Shown here: in pieces, positions 25,616 to 36,029 of the stretch
Layout: each line of letters opens with the position of its first letter
Position numbering within the stretch: the first letter of the stretch is position 1
Source: Squalus acanthias
Taxonomy: Eukaryota
Direction of reading: 5' to 3'
DNA: 64,000 bases
NCBI GenBank assembly: GCA_030390025.1
Contig: CM059432.1
Coordinates: 137,828,001-137,892,000 of the forward strand
The notes under the pieces: generated by a model
The model's database searches: none
What the model saw: the letters and a program-made list of their open reading frames with translations, nothing else
Told to the model about the DNA's origin: nothing
Position numbers and translations under genes: made by a program

Positions 25616-27928
25616 ATTGAGTTTATTAGGGATGGGTTTCTTGAGCAGTATGTAACTGAACCGACCAGGGGGCAAGCAACCTTAGATCTGGTCCTGTGTA
25701 ACGAGACAGGATTAATTAAAAATGTCCTAGTAAAGGGTCCCCTTGGAATGAGTGACCATAACATGGTTGAATTCCATATTCAATTAGAAGGTGAGAAGGT
25801 TGGATCTCAAACAAGCGTGCTAAGCTTGAATAAAGGAGACTATGAAGGTATGCGAGCGGAATTGAGTAGAGTGGATTGGGAAAATAGATTAAAGGGTAAG
25901 ACGACACATGATCAGTGGTGTACATTCAAGGAGTTATTTTACAACTTCCAAAAAATATATATTCCACTGAAAAGAAAAGGTTGTAAAAGAAAGGACAGTC
26001 ATCCGTGGCTCAGTAAAGAAATTAAGGATAGTATTCGACTAAAAACAAGGGCATATAAGGTAGCGAAATCTAGTGGGAGGACAGAGGATTGGGAAAACTT
26101 TAAAAGGCAGCAAAAAATAACAAAAAGATTGATTAAGAAAGGGAAGATAGATTATGAAAGTAAATTAGCAAAAAATATAAAAACAGATAGTAAGAGTTTT
26201 TATAGTTATATAAAAAGAAAAAGGGTGGCTAAAGTAAATGTTGGTCCCTTAGAGGATGAGACCGGGAAATTAATGGTGGGAAATATGGAGATGGCAAAAA
26301 CACTGAATGAATATTTTGTATCAGTCTTTACAGTAGAGGACACTAAGAATATCCCAACACTGGACAAACAGGGGGCTATAGGGGGAGAGGAGCTAAACAC
26401 GATCAAAATCACTAAGGAAGTGGTACTCGGTAAAATAATGGGACTCAAGGCGGATAAATCACCTGGACCTGATGGCTTACATCCTAGAGTCTTGAAGGAA
26501 GTGGCGGTAGGGATTGTAGATGCATTGGTAATAATTTTTCAAAACTCCCTGGATTCCGCTAAGGTCCCGGCAGACTGGAAAACTGCTAATGTAACACCCT
26601 TATTTAAAAAGGGCAGTAGACAGAAGGCTGGTAACTATAGACCGGTTAGCCTAACATCTGTGGTAGGTAAAATTTTGGAGTCCATTATTAAGGAAACAGT
26701 AACAGGACATTTGGATAATCATAATTTAATAGGACAAAGTCAGCATGGTTTTACGAAGGGGAAGTCATGTTTGACAAATTTGCTGGAGTTCTTTGAGGAA
26801 GTAACATATAGAGTGGATAAAGGGGAACCAGTGGATGTAGTGTATTTAGACTTCCAAAAGGCATTTGACAAGGTGCCACACAAAAGATTATTGCTTAAGG
26901 TAAAAAATCACGGGATTGGGGGTAATATTCTGGCATGGATAGAGGATTGGCTATCTAACAGAAAGCAAAGAGTTGGGATAAATGGTTCATTCTCAGACTG
27001 GCAATCAGTAACTAGTGGTGTTCCACAGGGGTCAGTGCTGGGTCCCCAACTCTTTACAATCTATATTAACGATTTGGAGGAAGGGACCAACTGTAACATA
27101 TCAAAATTTGCAGATGATACAAAGATGGGAGGGAAAGTAGTGAGTGAGGAGGACATAAAAAACCTGCAAGGGGACATAGACAGGCTAAGTAAGTGGGCAG
27201 AGATTTGGCAGATGGAATACAACACTGGAAAGTGTGAGGTAATGCACTTTGGCAGGAAAAATCCTAGAGCAATTTATTATCTTAATGGCAAGAAACTGGA
27301 GAGTACTGAAGTGCAAAGGGATCTGGGGGTCCTGGTGCACAAAACTCAAAAGGTTAGTATGCAGGTGCAGCAAGTGATTAAGAAGGCAAATGGAATGTTG
27401 GCTTTCATTGCTAGGGGGATAGAATATAAAAATAGGGAGGTATTGCTTCAGTTGTACAAGGTATTGGTGAGACCGCACCTGGAATACTGCATACAGTTTT
27501 GGTGTCCTTACTTAAGGAAAGACATCCTTGCTCTCGAGGCAGTGCAAAAAAGGTTCACTCGGTTAATCCCGGGGATGAGGGGGTGGTCATATGAGGAGAG
27601 GTTGGGTAGATTGGGACTCTACTCATTGGAGTTCAGAAGAATGAGAGGCGATCTTATTGAAACATATAAGATTGTGAAGGGGTTGGATCGGGTGGATGCG
27701 GGGAGGATGTTCCCGATGACGGGTGAGACTAGAACTAGGGGACATAGTCTTAGAATAAGGGGCTGCACTTTCAAAACTGAGATGAGGAGGAACTACTTCA
27801 CTCAGAGGGTGGTAGGTCCATGGAATATGCTGCCACAAAAAGCTGTAGAAGCTACATCATTAAATAAATTTAAAACAGAAATAGACAGTTTCCTAGAAGT
27901 AAAGGGCATTAAGGGTTACGGGGAGTAG
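25616..27928 (+). CDS. CR1 ORF2 fragment: C-terminal APE endonuclease part plus reverse transcriptase
   Basis: Frame of ORF 25748..27928, open back to the 5' junction. Confidence 0.85.
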   Translation: MEFIRDGFLEQYVTEPTRGQATLDLVLCNETGLIKNVLVKGPLGMSDHNMVEFHIQLEGEKVGSQTSVLSLNKGDYEGMRAELSRVDWENRLKGKTTHDQWCTFKELFYNFQKIYIPLKRKGCKRKDSHPWLSKEIKDSIRLKTRAYKVAKSSGRTEDWENFKRQQKITKRLIKKGKIDYESKLAKNIKTDSKSFYSYIKRKRVAKVNVGPLEDETGKLMVGNMEMAKTLNEYFVSVFTVEDTKNIPTLDKQGAIGGEELNTIKITKEVVLGKIMGLKADKSPGPDGLHPRVLKEVAVGIVDALVIIFQNSLDSAKVPADWKTANVTPLFKKGSRQKAGNYRPVSLTSVVGKILESIIKETVTGHLDNHNLIGQSQHGFTKGKSCLTNLLEFFEEVTYRVDKGEPVDVVYLDFQKAFDKVPHKRLLLKVKNHGIGGNILAWIEDWLSNRKQRVGINGSFSDWQSVTSGVPQGSVLGPQLFTIYINDLEEGTNCNISKFADDTKMGGKVVSEEDIKNLQGDIDRLSKWAEIWQMEYNTGKCEVMHFGRKNPRAIYYLNGKKLESTEVQRDLGVLVHKTQKVSMQVQQVIKKANGMLAFIARGIEYKNREVLLQLYKVLVRPHLEYCIQFWCPYLRKDILALEAVQKRFTRLIPGMRGWSYEERLGRLGLYSLEFRRMRGDLIETYKIVKGLDRVDAGRMFPMTGETRTRGHSLRIRGCTFKTEMRRNYFTQRVVGPWNMLPQKAVEATSLNKFKTEIDSFLEVKGIKGYGE

Positions 27929-28180
27929 GCAGGAATTTGGACATGAGTCTAGGTTCGGATCGGTCATGGCCCTGTGGGTAGTGGAGCGGGCCCAGGGACC
28001 GTGTAGCCTGATTCTGCTCCTATTTCGTGTGTGCAATTCTGTTAGATGCAGGAGATGGTTCTGTGATAGATAGTAGATTGGCGGTTAGGATCAGATCAGC
28101 CATGATCTTATTGAATGGCGGAGCAGGCTCGAGGGGCCGATTGGCCTACTCCTGCTCCTATTTCTTATGTTCTTATGTTC
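25616..28180 (+). mobile_element. CR1 LINE copy B (5'-truncated inside the endonuclease domain)
   Basis: Starts in the C-terminal part of the APE endonuclease (PTRGQATLDLVL..SDHN), followed by the full RT and the same 3' UTR/tail as A. About 14 substitutions versus A by eye, including a premature TAG after GYGE. Confidence 0.97.
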
Positions 28181-29539
28181 CCCATACTGCAGCAATACAG
28201 CTGCCCAACCTACAGCAATACAGCTCCCCAACTTACAGCAATACAGCTCCCCAACCTACAGCAATACAGCTCCCCAACTTACAGCAATACAGCTCCCCAA
28301 CTTACAATACAGCTCCCCAACCTTCAGCAATACAGCTCCCCAACTTTCAGCAATACAGCTCCCCAATCTACAGTAACACAGCTCCCCAACCTACAGCAAT
28401 ACAGCTCCCCAACTTACAGCAATACAGCTCCCCAACTTACAGCAATACAGCTGCCCAACTTACAGCAATACAGCTCCCCAAATTACAGCGATACAGCTCC
28501 CCAACCTCCAGCAATACAGCTCCCCAACCTACCGCAATACATCTCCCCAACTTACAATACAGCTCCCTATACTGCAGCAATCCAGCTGCCCAACCTACAG
28601 CAATACAGCTCCCCAACTTACAGCAATACAGCACCCCAACCTGCAGCAATACAGCTCCCCAACTTACAGCAATACAGCTCCCCAACTTACAGCAATACAG
28701 CTCCCCAACCTACAGCAATACAGCTCCCCAACCTACAGCAATACAGCTCCCCAGCCTACAGTGATACAGCTCCCCAACCTACAGCAATACAGCTCCCCAA
28801 CTTACAGTGATACAGCTCCCCAACCTACAGCAATACAGCTCCCCAACTTACAGCAATACTACTCCCCAACCTACAGCAATACAGCTCCCAAACTTACAGC
28901 AATACAGCTCCCCAACTTACAGCAATACAGCACCCCAACTTACAGCAATACAGCTCCCCAACCTGCAGCAATACAGCTCCCCAACTTACAGCAATACAGC
29001 TCCCAAACTTACAGCAATACAGCTCCCCAATGTTCAGCAATACAGCTCTCCAACCTACAGCAATACAGCTCTCCAACCTACAGCAATACAGCTCCCCAAC
29101 CTACAGCAATACAGCTCCCCAACCTACAGCAATACAGCTCCCAAACTTACAGCAATACAGCTCCCCAATGTTCAGCAATACAGCTCCCCAATCTACAGCA
29201 ATACAGCTCTCCAACTTACAGCAATACAGCTCCCCAACCTACAGCAATACAGCTTCCCAACTTACAGCAATACAGCTCCCCAACTTACAATACAGCTCCC
29301 CAACTTACAATACTGCTCCCCAACTTACAGCGATACAGCTCCCCAACTTACAGCAATACAGCTCCCCAACCTACAGCGATACAGCTCCCCAACTTACAGC
29401 AATACAGCTCCCCAACTTACAATACAGCTCCCCAAACTACAGCAATACAGCTCCCCAACCGACAGCAATACAGCTGCCCAACTTACAGCAATACAGCACC
29501 ACAAACTACAGCAATACAGCTCCCCAACTTACAGCAATA

Positions 29540-31447
29540 CTAAAAACAAGGGCATATAAGGTAGCGAAATCTAGTGGGAGGACAGAGGATTGGGAAAACT
29601 TTAAAAGGCAGCAAAAAATAACAAAAAGATTGATTAAGAAAGGGAAGATAGATTATGAAAGTAAATTAGCAAAAAATATAAAAACAGATAGTGAGAGTTT
29701 TTATAGTTATATAAAAAGAAAAAGGGTGGCTAAAGTAAATGTTGGTCCCTTAGAGGATGAGACCGGGAAATTAATGGTGGGAAATATGGAGATGGCAAAA
29801 ACACTGAATGAATATTTTGTATCAGTCTTTACAGTAGAGGACACTAAGAATATCCCAACACTGGACAAACAGGGGGCTATAGGGGGAGAGGAGCTAAACA
29901 CGATCAAAATCACTAAGGAAGTGGTACTCGGTAAAATAATGGGACTCAAGGCGGATAAATCACCTGGACCTGATGGCTTACATCCTAGAGTCTTGAAGGA
30001 AGTGGCGGTAGGGATTGTAGATGCATTGGTAATAATTTTTCAAAACTCCCTGGATTCCGCTAAGGTCCCGGCAGACTGGAAAACTGCTAATGTAACACCC
30101 TTATTTAAAAAGGGCAGTAGACAGAAGGCTGGTAACTATAGACCGGTTAGCCTAACATCTGTGGTAGGTAAAATTTTGGAGTCCATTATTAAGGAAACAG
30201 TAACAGGACATTTGGATAATCATAATTTAATAGGACAAAGTCAGCATGGTTTTACGAAGGGGAAGTCATGTTTGACAAATTTGCTGGAGTTCTTTGAGGA
30301 AGTAACATATAGAGTGGATAAAGGGGAACCAGTGGACGTAGTGTATTTAGACTTCCAAAAGGCATTTGACAAGGTGCCACACAAAAGATTATTGCTTAAG
30401 GTAAAAAATCACGGGATTGGGGGTAATATTCTGGCATGGATAGAGGATTGGCTATCTAACAGAAAGCAAAGAGTTGGGATAAATGGTTCATTCTCAGACT
30501 GGCAATCAGTAACTAGTGGTGTTCCACAGGGGTCAGTGCTGGGTCCCCAACTCTTCACAATCTATATTAACGATTTGGAGGAAGGGACCAAGTGTAACAT
30601 ATCAAAATTTGCAGATGATACAAAGATGGGAGGGAAAGTAGTGAGTGAGGAGGACATAAAAAACCTGCAAGGGGACATAGACAGGCTAAGTAAGTGGGCA
30701 GAGATTTGGCAGATGGAATACAACACTGGAAAGTGTGAGGTGATGCACTTTGGCAGGAAAAATCCTAGAGCAATTTATTATCTTAATGGCAAGAAACTGG
30801 AGAGTACTGAAGTGCAAAGGGATCTGGGGGTCCTGGTGCACGAAACTCAAAAGGTTAGTATGCAGGTGCAGCAAGTGATTAAGAAGGCAAATGGAATGTT
30901 GGCTTTCATTGCTAGGGGGATAGAATATAAAAATAGGGAGGTATTGCTTCAGTTGTACAAGGTATTGGTGAGACCGCACCTGGAATACTGCATACAGTTT
31001 TGGTGTCCTTACTTAAGGAAAGACATCCTTGCTCTCGAGACAGTGCAAAAAAGGTTCACTCGGTTAATCCCGGGGATGAGGGGGTGGTCATATGAGGAGA
31101 GGTTGGGTAGATTGGGACTCTACTCATTGGAGTTCAGAAGAATGAGAGGCGATCTTATTGAAACATATAAGATTGTGAAGGGGTTGGATCGGGTGGATGC
31201 GGGGAGGATGTTCCCGATGACGGGTGAGACGAGAACTAGGGGACATAGTCTTAGAATAAGGGGCTGCTCTTTCAAAACTGAGATGAGGAGGAACTACTTC
31301 ACTCAGAGGGTGGTAGGTCCATGGAATATGCTGCCACAAAAAGCTGTAGAAGCTACAACATTAATTAAATTTAAAACAGAAATAGACAGTTTCCTAGAAG
31401 TAAAGGGCATTAAGGGTTACGGGGAGCGGGCAGGAATTTGGACATGA
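29540..31447 (+). CDS. CR1 ORF2 fragment (RT), copy A'
   Basis: LINE portion of ORF 29030..31447, translation identical to copy A. Confidence 0.85.
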   Translation, partial: LKTRAYKVAKSSGRTEDWENFKRQQKITKRLIKKGKIDYESKLAKNIKTDSESFYSYIKRKRVAKVNVGPLEDETGKLMVGNMEMAKTLNEYFVSVFTVEDTKNIPTLDKQGAIGGEELNTIKITKEVVLGKIMGLKADKSPGPDGLHPRVLKEVAVGIVDALVIIFQNSLDSAKVPADWKTANVTPLFKKGSRQKAGNYRPVSLTSVVGKILESIIKETVTGHLDNHNLIGQSQHGFTKGKSCLTNLLEFFEEVTYRVDKGEPVDVVYLDFQKAFDKVPHKRLLLKVKNHGIGGNILAWIEDWLSNRKQRVGINGSFSDWQSVTSGVPQGSVLGPQLFTIYINDLEEGTKCNISKFADDTKMGGKVVSEEDIKNLQGDIDRLSKWAEIWQMEYNTGKCEVMHFGRKNPRAIYYLNGKKLESTEVQRDLGVLVHETQKVSMQVQQVIKKANGMLAFIARGIEYKNREVLLQLYKVLVRPHLEYCIQFWCPYLRKDILALETVQKRFTRLIPGMRGWSYEERLGRLGLYSLEFRRMRGDLIETYKIVKGLDRVDAGRMFPMTGETRTRGHSLRIRGCSFKTEMRRNYFTQRVVGPWNMLPQKAVEATTLIKFKTEIDSFLEVKGIKGYGERAGIWT

Positions 31448-31682
31448 GTCTAGGTTCGGATCGGTCATGGCCCTGTGGGTAGTGGAGCGGGCCCAGGGAC
31501 TGTGTAGCCTGATTCTGCTCCTATTTCGTGTGTGCAATTCTGTTAGATGCAGGAGATGGTTCTGTGATAGATAGTAGATTGGCGGTTAGGATCAGATCAG
31601 CCATGATCTTATTGAATGGCGGAGCAGGCTCGAGGGGCCGATTGGCCTACTCCTGCTCCTATTTCTTATGTTCTTATGTTCT
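29541..31682 (+). mobile_element. CR1 LINE copy A' (duplicate of A, +6304 bp)
   Basis: Same 5' and 3' junctions and the same diagnostic residues as A (DSESF, EGTKC, HETQ, LETVQ, GCSF). Confidence 0.97.
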
Positions 31683-31919
31683 AATACAGCTCCCCAACTT
31701 ACAACAATACAACTCCCCAACTTACAGCGATACAGCTCCCCAACCTACAGCAATACAGCTCCCCAACGTACAGCAATACAGCTCCCCAACTTACAGCGAT
31801 ACAGCTCCCCAACCTACAGCAACACAGCTCCCAATCTTACAGCAATACAGCTCCCCAACTTACAGCAATACAGCTCCCCAACTTACAGCAATACAGCTCC
31901 CCAACTTACAATACAGCTC

Positions 31920-34232
31920 ATTGAGTGTATTAGGGATGGGTTTCTTGAGCAGTATGTAACTGAACCGACCAGGGGGCAAGCAACCTTAGATCTGGTCCTG
32001 TGTAACGAGACAGGATTAATTAAAAATGTCCTAGTAAAGGGTCCCCTTGGAATGAGTGACCATAACATGGTTGAATTCCATATTCAATTAGAAGGTGAGA
32101 AGGTTGGATCTCAAACAAGCGTGCTAAGCTTGAATAAAGGAGACTATGAAGGTATGCGAGCAGAATTGAGTAGAGTGGATTGGGAAAATAGATTAAAGGG
32201 TAAGACGACACATGATCAGTGGTGTACATTCAAGGAGTTATTTTACAACTTCCAAAAAATATATATTCCACTGAAAAGAAAAGGTTGTAAAAGAAAGGAC
32301 AGTCATCCGTGGCTCAGTAAAGAAATTAAGGATAGTATTCGACTAAAAACAAGGGCATATAAGGTAGCGAAATCTAGTGGGAGGACAGAGGATTGGGAAA
32401 ACTTTAAAAGGCAGCAAAAAATAACAAAAAGATTGATTAAGAAAGGGAAGATAGATTATGAAAGTACATTAGCAAAAAATATAAAAACAGATAGTAAGAG
32501 TTTTTATAGTTATATAAAAAGAAAAAGGGTGGCTAAAGTAAATGTTGGTCCCTTAGAGGATGAGACCGGGAAATTAATGGTGGGAAATATGGAGATGGCA
32601 AAAACACTGAATGAATATTTTGTATCAGTCTTTACAGTAGAGGACACTAAGAATATCCCAACACTGGACAAACAGGGGGCTATAGGGGGAGAGGAGCTAA
32701 ACACGATCAAAATCACTAAGGAAGTGGTACTCGGTAAAATAATGGGACTCAAGGCGGATAAATCACCTGGACCTGATGGCTTACATCCTAGAGTCTTGAA
32801 GGAAGTGGCGGTAGGGATTGTAGATGCATTGGTAATAATTTTTCAAAACTCCCTGGATTCCGCTAAGGTCCCGGCAGACTGGAAAACTGCTAATGTAACA
32901 CCCTTATTTAAAAAGGGCAGTAGACAGAAGGCTGGTAACTATAGACCGGTTAGCCTAACATCTGTGGTAGGTAAAATTTTGGAGTCCATTATTAAGGAAA
33001 CAGTAACAGGACATTTGGATAATCATAATTTAATAGGACAAAGTCAGCATGGTTTTACGAAGGGGAAGTCATGTTTGACAAATTTGCTGGAGTTCTTTGA
33101 GGAAGTAACATATAGAGTGGATAAAGGGGAACCAGTGGATGTAGTGTATTTAGACTTCCAAAAGGCATTTGACAAGGTGCCACACAAAAGATTATTGCTT
33201 AAGGTAAAAAATCACGGGATTGGGGGTAATATTCTGGCATGGATAGAGGATTGGCTATCTAACAGAAAGCAAAGAGTTGGGATAAATGGTTCATTCTCAG
33301 ACTGGCAATCAGTAACTAGTGGTGTTCCACAGGGGTCAGTGCTGGGTCCCCAACTCTTTACAATCTATATTAACGATTTGGAGGAAGGGACCAACTGTAA
33401 CATATCAAAATTTGCAGATGATACAAAGATGGGAGGGAAAGTAGTGAGTGAGGAGGACATAAAAAACCTGCAAGGGGACATAGACAGGCTAAGTAAGTGG
33501 GCAGAGATTTGGCAGATGGAATACAACACTGGAAAGTGTGAGGTAATGCACTTTGGCAGGAAAAATCCTAGAGCAATTTATTATCTTAATGGCAAGAAAC
33601 TGGAGAGTACTGAAGTGCAAAGGGATCTGGGGGTCCTGGTGCACAAAACTCAAAAGGTTAGTATGCAGGTGCAGCAAGTGATTAAGAAGGCAAATGGAAT
33701 GTTGGCTTTCATTGCTAGGGGGATAGAATATAAAAATAGGGAGGTATTGCTTCAGTTGTACAAGGTATTGGTGAGACCGCACCTGGAATACTGCATACAG
33801 TTTTGGTGTCCTTACTTAAGGAAAGACATCCTTGCTCTCGAGGCAGTGCAAAAAAGGTTCACTCGGTTAATCCCGGGGATGAGGGGGTGGTCATATGAGG
33901 AGAGGTTGGGTAGATTGGGACTCTACTCATTGGAGTTCAGAAGAATGAGAGGCGATCTTATTGAAACATATAAGATTGTGAAGGGGTTGGATCGGGTGGA
34001 TGCGGGGAGGATGTTCCCGATGACGGGTGAGACTAGAACTAGGGGACATAGTCTTAGAATAAGGGGCTGCACTTTCAAAACTGAGATGAGGAGGAACTAC
34101 TTCACTCAGAGGGTGGTAGGTCCATGGAATATGCTGCCACAAAAAGCTGTAGAAGCTACATCATTAAATAAATTTAAAACAGAAATAGACAGTTTCCTAG
34201 AAGTAAAGGGCATTAAGGGTTACGGGGAGTAG
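31920..34232 (+). CDS. CR1 ORF2 fragment (partial endonuclease plus RT), copy B'
   Basis: LINE portion of ORF 31668..34232. Confidence 0.85.
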   Translation: MECIRDGFLEQYVTEPTRGQATLDLVLCNETGLIKNVLVKGPLGMSDHNMVEFHIQLEGEKVGSQTSVLSLNKGDYEGMRAELSRVDWENRLKGKTTHDQWCTFKELFYNFQKIYIPLKRKGCKRKDSHPWLSKEIKDSIRLKTRAYKVAKSSGRTEDWENFKRQQKITKRLIKKGKIDYESTLAKNIKTDSKSFYSYIKRKRVAKVNVGPLEDETGKLMVGNMEMAKTLNEYFVSVFTVEDTKNIPTLDKQGAIGGEELNTIKITKEVVLGKIMGLKADKSPGPDGLHPRVLKEVAVGIVDALVIIFQNSLDSAKVPADWKTANVTPLFKKGSRQKAGNYRPVSLTSVVGKILESIIKETVTGHLDNHNLIGQSQHGFTKGKSCLTNLLEFFEEVTYRVDKGEPVDVVYLDFQKAFDKVPHKRLLLKVKNHGIGGNILAWIEDWLSNRKQRVGINGSFSDWQSVTSGVPQGSVLGPQLFTIYINDLEEGTNCNISKFADDTKMGGKVVSEEDIKNLQGDIDRLSKWAEIWQMEYNTGKCEVMHFGRKNPRAIYYLNGKKLESTEVQRDLGVLVHKTQKVSMQVQQVIKKANGMLAFIARGIEYKNREVLLQLYKVLVRPHLEYCIQFWCPYLRKDILALEAVQKRFTRLIPGMRGWSYEERLGRLGLYSLEFRRMRGDLIETYKIVKGLDRVDAGRMFPMTGETRTRGHSLRIRGCTFKTEMRRNYFTQRVVGPWNMLPQKAVEATSLNKFKTEIDSFLEVKGIKGYGE

Positions 34233-34484
34233 GCAGGAATTTGGACATGAGTCTAGGTTCGGATCGGTCATGGCCCTGTGGGTAGTGGAGCGGGCCCAGG
34301 GACCGTGTAGCCTGATTCTGCTCCTATTTCGTGTGTGCAATTCTGTTAGATGCAGGAGATGGTTCTGTGATAGATAGTAGATTGGCGGTTAGGATCAGAT
34401 CAGCCATGATCTTATTGAATGGCGGAGCAGGCTCGAGGGGCCGATTGGCCTACTCCTGCTCCTATTTCTTATGTTCTTATGTTC
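31920..34484 (+). mobile_element. CR1 LINE copy B' (duplicate of B, +6304 bp)
   Basis: Same junctions and diagnostic residues as B (DSKSF, EGTNC, HKTQ, LEAVQ, GYGE*). At least 3 substitutions versus B. Confidence 0.97.
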
Positions 34485-36029
34485 CCCATACTGCAGCAAT
34501 ACAGCTGCCCAACCTACAGCAATACAGCTCCCCAACTTACAGCAATACAGCTCCCCAACCTACAGCAATACAGCTCCCCAACTTACAGCAATACAGCTCC
34601 CCAACTTACAATACAGCTCCCCAACCTTCAGCAATACAGCTCCCCAACTTCAGCAATACAGCTCCCCAATCTACAGTAACACAGCTCCCAAACTTACAGC
34701 AATACAGCTCCCCAACTTACAGCAATATAGCTCCCCAACCTGCAGCGATACAGCTCCCCAACATACAGCAATACAGCTCCCCAACCTACAGCAATACAGC
34801 TCCCCAACTTACAGCGATACAGCTCCCCAACCTACTGCAATACAGCTCCCCAACTTACAGCAACACAGCTCCCCAACCTACAGCAATACAGCTCCCCAAC
34901 TTACAGCGATACAGCTCCCCAACCTACTGCAATACAGCTCCCCAACTTACAGCAATACAGCTCCCCAACTTACAGCGATACAGCTCCCCAACCTACAGCA
35001 ATACAGCTCCCCAACTTACAGCGATACAGCTCCCCAACCTACTGCAATACAGCTCCCCAACCTACAGCAATACAGCTCCCCAACCTACAGCAATACAGCT
35101 CCCCAACTTACAGCAATACAGCTCCCCAACCTACAGCAATACAGCTCCCCAACCTACAGCAATACAGCTCCCCAACCTACAGCAATACAGCTCCCCAACT
35201 TACAGCGATACAGCTCCCCAACCTACTGCAATACAGCTCCCCAACTTACAGCAATACAGCTCCCCAACCTACAGCAATACAGCTCCCCAACCTACAGCAA
35301 TACAGCTCCCCAACTTACAACAATACAACTCCCCAACTTACAGCAATACAGCTCCCCAACCTACAGCAATACAGCTCCCCAACTTACAGCAATACAGCTC
35401 CCCAACTTACAACAATACAACTCCCCAACTTACAGCAATACAGCTCCCCAACTTACAGCAATACAGCTCCCCAACCTACAGCAATACAGCTCCCAAACTT
35501 ACAGCAATACAGCTCCCAAACTTACAGCAATACAGCTCCCCAACCTACAGCAATACAGCTCCCAAACTTACAGCAATACAGCTCCCCAACTTACAGCGAT
35601 ACAGCTCCCCAACCTACTGCAATACAGCTCCCAAACTTACAGCAATACAGCTCCCCAACTTACAGCGATACAGCTCCCCAACTTACAGCAATACAGCTCC
35701 CCAACTTACAGCAATACAGCTCCCCAACTTACAGCAATACAGCTCCCCAACTTACAGCAATACAGCTCCCCAACTTACAGCAATACAGCTCCCCAACTTA
35801 CAGCAATACAGCTCCCCAACTTACAGCAATACAGCTCCCCAACCTACAGCAATACAGCTCCCCAACTTACAGCAATACAGCTCCCCAACCTACAGCAATA
35901 CAGCTCCCCAACTTACAGCAATACAGCTCCCCACCCTACAGCAATACAGCTCCCCAATTTACAGCAATACAGCTCCCCAACCTACAGCAATACAGCTCCC
36001 CAACTTACAGCAATACAGCTTCCCAACTT

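Larger units (their letters stand above)
22060..34710 (+). repeat. Tandem duplication of a ~6.3-kb unit (satellite-A-satellite-B-satellite)
   Basis: Rare satellite variants recur at +6350 (22131/28481) and the LINE junctions at +6304. The post-B flank (28181-28400) recurs after B' (34485-34700). Outer limits are approximate. Confidence 0.92.

Noticed and set aside
23403..34142. Recurrent minus-strand ORFs inside the CR1 copies (80, 97 and 71 aa)
   Set aside because: Antisense shadows of the RT frame that repeat only because the elements are near-identical.
23237..34484. Four independent insertions, or autonomous CR1 elements
   Set aside because: Junctions pair up exactly (A=A', B=B'), so there are two events plus a duplication. 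All copies lack ORF1, the 5' UTR and a complete endonuclease.
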